A stretch of 63,632 nt of DNA, filler included, from Trichomonas gallinae (taxonomy: Eukaryota), in NCBI GenBank assembly GCA_008369845.1. It is 9 parts of 9 records of this genome, joined end to end, with 100 filler letters (N's around TTAATTAATTAA, not from the genome) between each part and the next. Parts side by side here need not be neighbours in the genome. Positions count along the whole stretch, not along the records: positions 43,989 to 45,335 come from MRSU01001057.1; positions 45,436 to 49,744 come from MRSU01001059.1; positions 49,845 to 54,701 come from MRSU01001060.1; positions 54,802 to 63,632 come from MRSU01001062.1; 5 more parts are not named here. The stretch is one strand, 5' to 3'. Below the pieces are notes generated by a model that did not search any database, had not been told where the DNA came from, and saw nothing but the letters and a program-made list of their open reading frames with translations. Shown here one piece after another: positions 44,528 through 55,878 of this stretch. The position numbers were made by a program, and so were the translations under genes. Position 1 is the first letter of the stretch; each line of letters starts with the position of its first letter.

Positions 44528-45335
44528 ATATAGAATAGATCTTATGTACTCATAAAATAATTATTCGACCACAAAATCTCTAACAAATATTAAAAATCAA
44601 TGAGATATCTGAAATTTTCAATCAAAGATTTTTAATATTTTTAGCTTAAAAATATAAACTAAATGCATTAATCTGGTCTTAATTGCAAAAAATATAATTT
44701 GCTATTCAAAAGTGCAAATTTTTGATCATTACTTATTTTTAACTAATACATATATATGTAAACGAAATGAAGTGAGGTATTTCAAAAAAAAAACATGAAA
44801 GTTTTCATGAGAATCACAGTAACCAAGCTTGATTCGTTCTGAAGGTAGAAGAGAACCAAATCATCAATTAAACAAAAAAAAAGTGATTTACATTCAAATT
44901 AGGCAGGGGGCTGCTAAAGTATTGTGAAACTGAGTATTATTATAGTGTATATTATGTTATAAAATTAATAATTTTTTTCAACGTGCACGTTTAAAAATTA
45001 AAAGTTTGTTTGGCCAGGAGAGATTTGGTGATAAATACAATGCTATAATATGCAAAACTATCCCTAATATCATCCAATACGTCTATTGCACCAACACATG
45101 AGACCAGTTCATAAGTTTTACATTGCATATCTAATTTTGATTAGAGAAACAGTGCAAAGAAATTTTAAATTCGTTGCCTACAACACCAGCAAATTCTATT
45201 CATGTAGACGATCATGAGATTATCCCCGTTTTTCCCCGCCCCAAAAATTGAAGCTCCTCAAAAACAATTTTAACACTTTAATCCATTATCAGCTCAGGAT
45301 TTTAGTGGTAGTTTTATTCAATTCTACATCGATTA

Positions 45336-45435
45336 NNNNNNNNNNNNNNNNNNNNNNNNNNNNNNNNNNNNNNNNNNNNTTAATTAATTAANNNNNNNNN
45401 NNNNNNNNNNNNNNNNNNNNNNNNNNNNNNNNNNN
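45336..45435. other. Scaffolding gap with stop linker
   Basis: 44 N + TTAATTAATTAA + 44 N. Confidence 0.98.
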
Positions 45436-46259
45436 ATCAATATTCGCGACTCTACATTCATTTTAATTTGGTGAAAATTTACCCAAAAAAGGGAAAAAGT
45501 TGGAAACGTACGGTAATTGAAAATGAGAAGTGAATTAGCGAGAATACACATTTTTGGTAGGATTAATGAGTGCTTTGGTTAATATAATCCAATAAAAAGA
45601 AAAATTGATGTGGTGAACCCATAGATAATATCTCATTATTATAATATACCTTGTTTTAATGATATAACCAGAATCTTAATGTAAAAATTTAATTTATGCA
45701 TATATAAAATATAACACACAACTCCTTAAGCAAATATCTTAATGCTTTTCAGGACAAAAATCAATGAGTAAAAATTGAAAAAGGTGACACACAAAAATCA
45801 ATTTTTAATAATTTTACTATTTATATGAATATGAACCTAATATGATTGTAATTGTGTCAGAAAAGTGGCAGAGGTTTGTGAAGAAAAGTGCGTAAACCGT
45901 TTCCCACACCTCACTATATACTTTTGACATTAAATATAGCATTATAACAGCATGTAGATCCTAAATTTCATACTTTTTGTATTTTTTGCTCCGCCGTAAC
46001 ACTTCTGAAAAATGTCAAAATAATCTTTTGAAAATATTATAATTATAAAAAATGAATAACAAAATGTCATTTATTTCATGTAAAATGTCATAATGTCAAA
46101 ATAAATTCTTTTGCTAGCAAATCATTACATAATTATAATTTCCTGGAGTTTACGGGCATAAATCGCCCTAAAAGTTTAAAAAAATCTGATGATTATTTTT
46201 TTAGTTGAATTGAAAATAATCGTATGTTGCATTATATTTGACTACAGTGTCACCAGAAG

Positions 46260-47465
46260 ATGCGTAATGCAAGATGCATCATTGTTGAACTCCAAATGAC
46301 GCTGTTTCTAATAATGATAGCGTTCATGTCAGTTTATGAACAAGAAATTCGATTTCAATTTATCAAGCATTTTTATTGGAAGCCAGAAAGTCATTTAGCA
46401 AATTTCACAGAAGTACCAGCAAACTATAGTCATCCTGATACATTCATCGATATGCCTATTAATGGATCTTATCCTGGGCTAAATAATTATACTTATTTCG
46501 ATATGTATGGATCCCCACTTGAAACGCAAGAGATAAACATCGTCTATAAGAACCCCTTATATCACTTCATACAAGCATACAACTGTTACGTGAATTTTTA
46601 CGGCTCTTTAATTTTCCGAGATCACAAATTCTTCCACGGCGATTTATATAAAGATCGCAGACAGATCAATCCAAACGCTGTTGTGGGACACTACCCTCAT
46701 ATCCTTTGCATAGGATATGGCGAGTGTGATCACAATTTTGGACATGCGCTCGAAGACATAGCGCAGCCGCTTCTATTCTTCATGCATTACTTCCCAAAGG
46801 AATTACGGAAAAATGCGTATTTCTTATACAACGGATTTCCTCCAATTATGGATTTAATAATCGAATTACTTGATATACCCAAAAATAGAGTGATTGTTAT
46901 CCAGAAACAGTGCTGGCTATCGTGTGACATAATTTCATCCATAGTAAATCCTGTCAGTTTCATTAATGCTTTCGGAATTCATACAAAAAGATTACAAATG
47001 TTCTTGCATGAGAAATTTAACCTTGATAAGATTAAGCCAACACGATATGTGTTCATGAATAGAGTTTACAAGCGTCCACGACACATTTTAAATTTACCTG
47101 AAATTTTTAATCAAACGAAAATAGTATATAGTGAGTATAATTGGGAAAATCAAACAGATATATATTCACTGAGAGAAGCTGCACCAGTTTTTGCTTCAAT
47201 TAAATTTATGTTTACTCCAACAGGATCAAACTGCGTCAAAGCATACGTGATGCATTCATTCTCGTGCATGGTTATCGCAACACCTCATGGTGGAGACAAA
47301 AGCATCGCTGCTGTAGTCTCAAATTGTGATATTTTTTGTCTCATGTATAAAGGAATTCACGTAGGTCACCATGATTATAGTGGAGCGGAAATTAATGTCA
47401 AAGAAGCTTTGAAACATATTGGTCGAGGACTGCAAACGCTCAAAGATCACAAAATCCCTAATTAA
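46260..47465 (+). CDS. GT61-like (DUF563) type II membrane glycosyltransferase
   Basis: N-terminal TM anchor; NFGHALED, FMNR...RHILNLPEI and SLREAA..F.....FTPTGSN correspond to GT61 catalytic-domain blocks. Confidence 0.75.
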   Translation: MRNARCIIVELQMTLFLIMIAFMSVYEQEIRFQFIKHFYWKPESHLANFTEVPANYSHPDTFIDMPINGSYPGLNNYTYFDMYGSPLETQEINIVYKNPLYHFIQAYNCYVNFYGSLIFRDHKFFHGDLYKDRRQINPNAVVGHYPHILCIGYGECDHNFGHALEDIAQPLLFFMHYFPKELRKNAYFLYNGFPPIMDLIIELLDIPKNRVIVIQKQCWLSCDIISSIVNPVSFINAFGIHTKRLQMFLHEKFNLDKIKPTRYVFMNRVYKRPRHILNLPEIFNQTKIVYSEYNWENQTDIYSLREAAPVFASIKFMFTPTGSNCVKAYVMHSFSCMVIATPHGGDKSIAAVVSNCDIFCLMYKGIHVGHHDYSGAEINVKEALKHIGRGLQTLKDHKIPN

Positions 47466-48079
47466 GGGATTTTAATAGTATAGAATAAATATATTAGTGT
47501 CTATCATATAATATAAAACATATAAACAACTGAATTTCCAAAACTCTTCGATATCTCGAAAATCATTTTGAAGATTGGTTACAATATGATGAAGAATACT
47601 ATTAATTTGCTATATTCTTCAGAAATTTTCATATAACACTGATATTTTGGTTCAAGTAATGATATATTTTTTAATTTCAATTTATCCAATTATGCTTGAA
47701 TCCAAATCATATCAATTATTTGAGTTTCAAACACTAAGATAACTGCTCTTGACAAATTCTTGGAACAAAAGATCATAAGCTTTTTGAATCTGACAATAAA
47801 TGTAATATTTTGACATGTAACGATGATTTTACATGACAAATTTTTGAGACTCTAAGCACAGTATGTCTCTGAGACATGTAAACATTGAAGGTTTTAGACT
47901 CAAGACACTGAAAAATTCTAACACCAAAATCTTGAAAGTCTATGAAGTTATAAAATAAAACTTAAAGGAAGCTATACTATCTTATTAGCATAATTATTGA
48001 AATTCACAGAGGTCGTCTTCATATATAAATTAGATTGTGTATTGGACCAAATCATCAGGAGTGTCCGCGGAAAAGTATA

Positions 48080-49351
48080 TTATTCTTCAATTTGAACAGT
48101 GTCCAGATGTAAACTATTATCTGACAACTCGTTTCCTTTTAGCAATGAAAAGCCAGAAACCGATTTCATTGGTGCCAACATAGTAATCATTGTTAGTCCT
48201 AAAGCACCATAAACAGTGACTAACGAATCATTTGTGATGAATTTGAGTAAGTATCCCTTTCCTATAATAGAAAATCCAAAGAAAATGAGCAAAATAAAAT
48301 TGAAAATTTGGATGATTATGAATACAACAAATCTCTTAAGATTAATATGATTATTAATAGCAATGCAGCACAAGCAAATGAACACCACGATTTCAATTAA
48401 AATCATATATCTTATTGAGTTAATATAAAATGATACATTACTGTTGAAGCCTTTGAGCATTACATATGTACTCAATGAATAAAACTGAATTACGAAAATT
48501 TTCACGATTTGGTGATTGCCTGAAAGATAATTCAAAATAGCCGCGGTTATGAAAAAGCGATTGTAGTTAAAAATTACGTGCGAGAAAAATAGCTGGTATG
48601 CATGTATTACATCGACTGAGTCAGTGATGAAGTATATTGGAATTGTTGCAATCCCAGAAATGACGCCATGTATCACCATTAATGCAAATAGTTCAGTCGA
48701 AGGATGGAGTTTATAAGATAGTATTGCCAACAAAATAACAGACAATACCGGAATAATCCATTTGGTGAGGTCAATAGCGTGTTTCTGGCTAGTTTGCTCG
48801 TAGTCAAGAATAACTTTAATATTACTGATATTTTTCATTTCTGTGTCAACAAAAAAGTGTAGGTTCACAGCATCGAAGTTCGTCACATTGAAATTATTAA
48901 GAATGTTGATAGGGGTTGATTCCATGCTATTTGCATTCATATGTAAGCGCTGTTTTATTTTTTTGTCTTCGGTCGCATCTATTGTATATGAATGCCTGAG
49001 TAATGTAAGTAATGTCCTTATTGTAAGCTTTGAATCAATGTATACTGGATTTTCACGGGTAAATACTATGTCGACCTTGATGTTTTGCATATTTGGATTT
49101 AAAGATGTGAAGTTTAGTATGCCATTGTAGTTTAAATTGCCTGTATATGGTTCCACTGGCATATTGTAGCGCTTAGTATGAGAAGTTGTTGAGCTATCTT
49201 TTCGAAAAATAAAAAAATATGCCGAAAATGCGAAAATAAAGGCCAAAAACTGTACAATTACTCTTATATTTATCGTGTCAATAGAAAGCGAGCCAAATGA
49301 AAGTCCAGTTTCTTCCCTGTATTGGTTACTCGCATTTATTGAATTTAACAT
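48080..49351 (-). CDS. Multi-pass membrane protein with Wntless/TMEM181-like topology
   Basis: One TM, a lumenal beta domain, then about 7 TM helices. ATG 49351 chosen because AAAGTGAA lies just upstream. Family assignment is tentative. Confidence 0.65.
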   Translation of the reverse strand: MLNSINASNQYREETGLSFGSLSIDTINIRVIVQFLAFIFAFSAYFFIFRKDSSTTSHTKRYNMPVEPYTGNLNYNGILNFTSLNPNMQNIKVDIVFTRENPVYIDSKLTIRTLLTLLRHSYTIDATEDKKIKQRLHMNANSMESTPINILNNFNVTNFDAVNLHFFVDTEMKNISNIKVILDYEQTSQKHAIDLTKWIIPVLSVILLAILSYKLHPSTELFALMVIHGVISGIATIPIYFITDSVDVIHAYQLFFSHVIFNYNRFFITAAILNYLSGNHQIVKIFVIQFYSLSTYVMLKGFNSNVSFYINSIRYMILIEIVVFICLCCIAINNHINLKRFVVFIIIQIFNFILLIFFGFSIIGKGYLLKFITNDSLVTVYGALGLTMITMLAPMKSVSGFSLLKGNELSDNSLHLDTVQIEE

Positions 49352-49744
49352 TTGAATTTCACTTTTTATGTTATCGGAAATGAAAAGTGGAACGCAGAGA
49401 AAAAATGACCCAGCCAATTCTTTTTGAACTAAGCCCAGGTAATACATTGGGATGTGTTCTATATCCTCTGATGAAGTCCATATTCATAACACTTTCTGCG
49501 AAATTGAAATTTTTAAATTAAAATCGATCTCGTTATTTTATTCAGATGATAAGTGTTGAAGCTTGTTTTATTATCAATTATCCTTGTAAATTCGATGATA
49601 TAATAAGATACAACATTTCTGTTTCATATCGCTTTTAATGAATTTGAAATAAGGTTAATAAATATATATCTCAAACAACAATAAATACATATAATATCGC
49701 ATAGTTAAGATTATCATAGATTCTGACATGATAATGAGAATAAC

Positions 49745-49844
49745 NNNNNNNNNNNNNNNNNNNNNNNNNNNNNNNNNNNNNNNNNNNNTTAATTAATTAA
49801 NNNNNNNNNNNNNNNNNNNNNNNNNNNNNNNNNNNNNNNNNNNN
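49745..49844. other. Scaffolding gap with stop linker
   Basis: 44 N + TTAATTAATTAA + 44 N. Confidence 0.98.
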
Positions 49845-49847
49845 TAG

Positions 49848-50720
49848 TTATATGATTGCTACTAGTTCATATACAGAGATATATTCCAAAATAAGGTTCC
49901 AAAAACTGAGGAGCCCGCCCTTAAGCAAGAAAATCGTCGATGATCCAAGATTCCAATCAAGAGATCTAAAAAATGCAGTCGCATTATTATTATAAAGGCA
50001 GCATTGATCGATTGTAAGATTAGTGTTTCCTTCAGAGTGTATCAAGCCTTGATCACCAGCTACATTTGATAAGAAGGAGCAGTATTGGCACATGAATTGT
50101 CCTGTTTGATAAAAAATAACTCTTCCTATTGATGCATTATTTGAGTCAATTGAGCAGTACTTAACGAAAGTTAGGTTTAGAACTGTAAATAGACCAAAAG
50201 CAGGAATATTTGGAGAAAAATTTTTTGAAAAATTGTTATTTTTAACTTCCATCTGTCCATAAAATAATGCCGTAGCTCCACTATTAGGTCCTCGCCCATT
50301 TAAGTTGCAGTAAGTCGAATCGCTAAGAAGATGAATAGATTTTGCATGAGAACTAAGAAATCTATAATTCATTGACTCTGATCCAAAGGAATTATTAATG
50401 CTGCAGATGTATCTGTATATACAAGAACCTTCTATGCTTGTGAAAATCAAATTTGAAGTTGGGGATACGCAATTCAGTATGTTTGTTGATGTAATAAGAA
50501 GATTGACGCTATTTGTGCTGGAAATGTTAAGTATATTATCGATAAAAACGTTATAAATTACATCTTTAACAAAATACGATCTTTCTTGTGTGAATCTTGT
50601 TTTATTGGATGTAACATGAATATAGTCACGTGTGTTTAAGTAGTATCCCCATATATCTTCTATGTTTTGAAACTTTTGTCGATTGTATTGTTTGTTTACA
50701 TTGTCAATTTGACAGATTTG
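49848..50720 (-). pseudogene. Beta-helix-like surface-family ORF without 5' ATG, 3' end apparently replaced by a repeat
   Basis: Frame is open from 50720 (..NIEDIWGYYLNTRDY..NLLITSTNILNCVS..) but the first ATG is at 50372. Family-like sequence (CSFLSN, CCLYNN) appears to stop near TTAA 49921-49924. Confidence 0.55.
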
Positions 50721-51535
50721 TCAAATGTCAAAAAATAATTAATTTTCCAAAATTATGCTAAAAACAGGTTCATTTGATAAGTGATGCACAACATAAATAT
50801 ATTTGGAAGTATTCTTTCCTGTATGATATGGATTTGAAGTCATAAACCTACTCTAGTTCATTCACCTTAAAATACAAATATATAACCTTATTATGTTTTG
50901 ACATCAGTAGAACCTGGCTGAAAATATGAGTTCAATTGGACTTCAATTATGAGATTATGTAGGAGGATCCATACATTTAATATTTCACATTTTAATGATT
51001 GAATTTTGAAAAAGAAATGTATTTACAATGAATAACATATGTAAATCATTTCCCTATCTTATATAATGATCATTTACAATATCTAATTTGACTATTTGAC
51101 TTGATATAAATTCAAATTCAAAGACCATATATTTTGAGAAAGTAAGATTACAATCAAATATTGATGTTAATGCTGTGGTTAATTATGTCAATCTTTTTGT
51201 GAAATTTGTTGAATTTTTTGAGAAGAAAACAATTTCAATGACGAATTTTTTGAGAACTGATGCAGAATATAGTTCTAAGCTATAAAAATGCTAAAGTTTG
51301 GAAATTAGGGAAAATTATTTTACAAATCAGTTTTTTTTCAAAAATAATCCTATGTTTTGTCTATACATTATTAACAGTATTTAAAAATACCAAAATTAAC
51401 GAAAAAGGGAAAACTTTTTATCAAATCGCTCTTTTTCAAAAATAACATGAAAAATATATTGTTTTAATGTAGTAGAATGCAAAAACAACAAAATCTTGAA
51501 ATCAGGGAAAATTTTCATTCAATTTATACCTAAAA

Positions 51536-52147
51536 ATGCAAAGCGGAAAGGATCAAACTCCGATCGAAAAAGCGGAGCAGGACCAGCAGAAAACCACCCC
51601 AAAAGAGGACCCAAAGGATGAACACTCATCAGATGAGTCTGAAGGCGAGGAAGAAAAAAATGAAAATAATTATTCCGATGACGAGGAAGAAGATATTGAT
51701 CCAAATGCTACATTCACAATTGGTGCGAAAGATTATATCGAATTTTGTAAATGGAAAGTTAAAAAACAGATGAAAAAGATGAAATGCCCATTATCCGCTT
51801 TTACAGATCAAAACGGTCAACTAATTCCAGGAAAATTACCACAATTCTGCGATTGCTGCACAGGAAGCAGCCAACAAGTAAACAAACTCGAAGTTCAAAA
51901 GAATGGATTTGATCCAATGCCTCCCCCGCCTCCACTTTTATCAGAAAATGCTAATTCTGGACCCCGTGGACCCCCTCCATATGGATATCCACCAATCCCT
52001 CCGTATGGATTTCCACCAATGCCGCCACCGTTCTGGGGAATGCCACCTCCGCCTCCACCTATGTGGGCTAGATACCCACAGCCTCCACCTATGCCACCAA
52101 TGTGGTATCCACCGCCACCACCACCACCATATTGGGGATATTATTGA
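51536..52147 (+). CDS. Hypothetical protein with acidic N-terminus and Pro/Tyr/Met/Trp-rich tail
   Basis: 203 aa; TCATT Inr upstream; PPPY and PPxY motifs. Confidence 0.75.
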   Translation: MQSGKDQTPIEKAEQDQQKTTPKEDPKDEHSSDESEGEEEKNENNYSDDEEEDIDPNATFTIGAKDYIEFCKWKVKKQMKKMKCPLSAFTDQNGQLIPGKLPQFCDCCTGSSQQVNKLEVQKNGFDPMPPPPPLLSENANSGPRGPPPYGYPPIPPYGFPPMPPPFWGMPPPPPPMWARYPQPPPMPPMWYPPPPPPPYWGYY

Positions 52148-52872
52148 ACTGACAGATAATAAGCTTTGTGCATCTTGTAATTATGAAAATCTAAAGTATT
52201 TATATAAAATTATGATATAAAATTAAATAATTTCGGAATATAAAATTATCAATCATTTGTTAATTTAATAAATAAGCAGAAGGAAGGATGAAATGTCCAT
52301 ATTTAACTATAAAAATGAACGAAAATGTCTCATTTTTTAAATAATTATTATATAAAAAATAAAATATTTGAAAAATTTGATATAAACAACGCTTAAATAT
52401 AACAAATTTAGTCCAATCTGTGAATATCTATAATGTGCACTATCATAATATTCTGATTTTTCCGGTTGAACGTTTAATAGGACAGCTAACATTCCTGACC
52501 GGTACAGTATGAACTTTCACAGGTCTTCCGTTGTACTTATCTAAAATATCTTTCAACTCGTTCATTAAATTCTCCTTTGGCAATAATTTCAAAATTTGAA
52601 TTATGCGTGGATCATTGTGATTTTTACTAATTTGGAGCTCCTCAATTCTTTCGCTTTATTCTCTTTTTCTCTATTTATTTTTTTTTTTTTTTGACTAAGT
52701 GAAATTTAAAATTTATTTGACGTGTAAAGTGACGTATTTATTTGACTTTGTCAAGTAAATAAGTTTATTTGATGTGTAAATTGTTATTTTGAAATAATTT
52801 TGTCGTGTAAATATGTATTTGACATGTAATTTGTCAATTTTTATATAAAAATTTTGCCGATTAAAATTTTTT

Positions 52873-54348
52873 ATGGGAAAAGGGAAGAAAAATGAAAAAG
52901 CAAACCAGAAACGTGGTGGAGGGAATAAAGGTGAAGTAATGAACCCCAACCGCGGTGGTGGTAATAAAGATTCTAAGCAAAACAAAGTTGGAAAAAATAA
53001 GAATCTAAAGAATGCTGGAAATAATAAAAACCAAGGAAGTATGTCAAGTGGAAATCAAGCATGCAATCATCTTCAGCGAATTAATAAAGAAAAAATATTG
53101 AAAATATTCGAACACAAGTTATTCCTTAAAGCAATTGCTCTTAAGAATGTACTACCAAAAACAGAAAGAAAAGCATTAGAAAAATTCCATCCTGATGTAA
53201 ATTGGAATAAGCCATCAGGACTTAAAATTTGTTTGATATGCGGCCAAGTTGTAGATGAAAAGCATTACAATTCTCATGTTAATGCCCAGCATTGTCTATT
53301 TCTTGATATCATGAATCAAAGAGTTCACTGCGAATCATGCGAAAAACCAATACCAATTACTCAGATTGATATATTTGTACAGCTATTTAACCTTAGTCAG
53401 CCTGAAATCAAGCCACAAATTCAAGCAATTGCTCCAACAGAAGTAATTATGGCACGTGGCCTTGTAAACCTTGGTAATAGCTGCTGGATGAATTCTACGC
53501 TTCAATTGCTAGCCAGAATTCCTTTGCTGGCAAAAGATATAAGTGAATCTTGTCAATTTGCCACTGCATTCCAAAGAACATCAATAGAACTCTGTAAAAA
53601 TGGTTCTGTTTTCAAGCCATCGATCTTCGTTCACCAACTTCTTGCAAAATTTTCATATTTATCAGTTTATGAGCAGCAAGATGCTTCAGAATTCGTTACA
53701 ATGTTCCTTGATGCACTTAGAGATGATCTTGGAGGCACTCCGAAGAACTTATCAGGCAATAATCTAGAAAATGTGAAATTATCAGAAATGACGTCAATTG
53801 ATGGCACAATTAATTTCATATTAGATTGCGAAATGAAATGTGAATTATGCGAAACAGTGTCTCACATTTATCAAAGAACATCAATATTATCAATGTGTGT
53901 TCCATTTGGTGCGTCAACGACTCTCGAGGAAATAATATCTGACTTCTTTGCTGAAGGAAGCTCAGCAGATGACTGGAGATGTGACAGCTGTAACAATACT
54001 TGTTCGTGCAGCATGATACAAAGAATGAAATCGACACCAAAGTATTTGATCCTTCACTTAGCGAGATTTAGATATACACAGGACGGATTCGTAAAGAATA
54101 ATATTCAAGTTCGCCTTCCTGATACTTTGGATCTCAAGCAATACGGAGCTACTGGTTCATACGAGTTGTTTGGATTCGTCACTCATTATGGAACAATGGA
54201 AGGAGGCCATTACACAAGCGTATATCATGATTCTAATAAGTATTTACTATTTGATGACAGTACTGTATCTATTCTTTCTAAGTCTGATGCCCTTTCTCTT
54301 CAGCCTTATATAATTTTCTATAAGAACGTTCCAGAAGATGAAGAATAA
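52873..54348 (+). CDS. Ubiquitin-specific protease with ZnF-UBP domain (USP16/45-like)
   Basis: CNH...ICLICG...H..H.HC....HCESC zinc finger; RGLVNLGNSCWMNSTLQ; QQDASEF; HYGTMEGGHY; FDD. Confidence 0.9.
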   Translation: MGKGKKNEKANQKRGGGNKGEVMNPNRGGGNKDSKQNKVGKNKNLKNAGNNKNQGSMSSGNQACNHLQRINKEKILKIFEHKLFLKAIALKNVLPKTERKALEKFHPDVNWNKPSGLKICLICGQVVDEKHYNSHVNAQHCLFLDIMNQRVHCESCEKPIPITQIDIFVQLFNLSQPEIKPQIQAIAPTEVIMARGLVNLGNSCWMNSTLQLLARIPLLAKDISESCQFATAFQRTSIELCKNGSVFKPSIFVHQLLAKFSYLSVYEQQDASEFVTMFLDALRDDLGGTPKNLSGNNLENVKLSEMTSIDGTINFILDCEMKCELCETVSHIYQRTSILSMCVPFGASTTLEEIISDFFAEGSSADDWRCDSCNNTCSCSMIQRMKSTPKYLILHLARFRYTQDGFVKNNIQVRLPDTLDLKQYGATGSYELFGFVTHYGTMEGGHYTSVYHDSNKYLLFDDSTVSILSKSDALSLQPYIIFYKNVPEDEE

Positions 54349-54701
54349 TATATTATTTAGTAATTAATAAAGCTATTTATAGATATTATGTTATGTATCA
54401 AACGAAACTGCATTATCTTATGATCATTAATAATACTAATGAATGATTTTTTGATTTAATATATCAAATTAAAAAATTTGGAATCATAATAATTTTATAT
54501 GACAAAAATTGTTGGTTTTTATGTTGATGGTATAATTACATGATAAAATATTGTTTTTGTTGAATATTAATTTTTTATTATTCCAAACATTACTTATAGC
54601 ATAGATCATATTTGAAAAACATAAGGATGTCACTTTGGAAGAACCTTAGGAAAATGCAAAAACGCCTAAAAACCAATCTTCCAAGCGACGATTATTTTTG
54701 T

Positions 54702-54801
54702 NNNNNNNNNNNNNNNNNNNNNNNNNNNNNNNNNNNNNNNNNNNNTTAATTAATTAANNNNNNNNNNNNNNNNNNNNNNNNNNNNNNNNNNNNNNNNNNN
54801 N
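54702..54801. other. Scaffolding gap with stop linker
   Basis: 44 N + TTAATTAATTAA + 44 N. Confidence 0.98.
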
Positions 54802-54834
<33 letters not shown>

Positions 54835-55562
54835 ATGGGCAAATCGTTATGATTTATTAACAACAACTTTTATTTGATTTTTTCAAATTGTTAATATTAA
54901 GAAATTTGTGGACTGTTTCGTTAAGAAAACAATTTGTGAATTTAAATTCATCATTATTATATTATTGTTCATGATGTAAGATTTAATTTTGTGCATCTGA
55001 CCGATTTACCTTTCAATTTTTATATCTTTTGAAATTTGAATTCACGATTGGCCAGTTTTATTATTAAACATGATTTAACTGTCAGTTTTTAATTATTTTT
55101 AAGTCATGAGCCATTAAAAAAAGTTCAAGTCATATGTTTTGATTAAGCATTCCAAAAATAAATGGAAAAAGACGACATCAATTGATGTAACAGAGCGAAA
55201 TGTGGATATTAGCGATATGCTATAGACGAATAAATGATCACTCTGTTACATAGAGGCAAAAGAAATGACCTATCGTTGCCCTCAAATCATTTTTGTGAAA
55301 AAAAAAAAAAAAAAAATGAAAAAGTTTTGGCAAATCAACAGAACAAAGTGTTTTAATGAAATATATGATTCATTATAGCATATGGAACTAATTTATTATT
55401 GATTGCGATATGAAATGAAAGGAAAAATGAGAACGCTGAAGGCCTTGTGCAATTGACCATTTTAAATGTGGTTATGAATGTTAGAGCTGTGTATGCAGAT
55501 TGTGATAAGTTAATAACATTTGTAAGATCAATTTTAAGATATCTTATTAAAGGATGTGTAAA

Positions 55563-55634
55563 TCCGACATCGTTCATCGGTTAGGATAAGCGGTTCTCAT
55601 CCGCTGGAGCGGGGTTCGACTCCCCGTGTCGGAA
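55563..55634 (+). tRNA. trnE: tRNA-Glu (anticodon CTC)
   Basis: Acceptor stem TCCGACA/TGTCGGA + A; anticodon stem AGCGG/CCGCT with CTC at 55596-55598; T arm CGGGG-TTCGACT-CCCCG; intronless, 72 nt. Confidence 0.96.
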
Positions 55635-55639
55635 GATTC

Positions 55640-55647
55640 TTTTTTTT
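55640..55647 (+). terminator. Pol III oligo-T terminator
   Basis: T8 run 5 nt after the tRNA 3' end. Confidence 0.75.
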
Positions 55648-55878
55648 CTTTTTCATACTTAAATTTTTTTTAACAAAATTTTTGATTTTTTACATTGGCA
55701 AATATCATGATAATCATAATTTCCCAAATTCATTTGATTCTTCTTATATATTTAAAATTTCAAATTCGAATTTTCAAACATATTCAAGTTTTATTATTTA
55801 TTCAACGAGATATCTAGCTAGATGGTATAATTCCCATTGTTCTTAAGAATGTTTAATCAAAGAGTCAAAATCCAATTT

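Noticed and set aside
55353..55577. 74-aa minus ORF overlapping the tRNA
   Set aside because: Its ATG lies within the tRNA-Glu gene; no coding signal.
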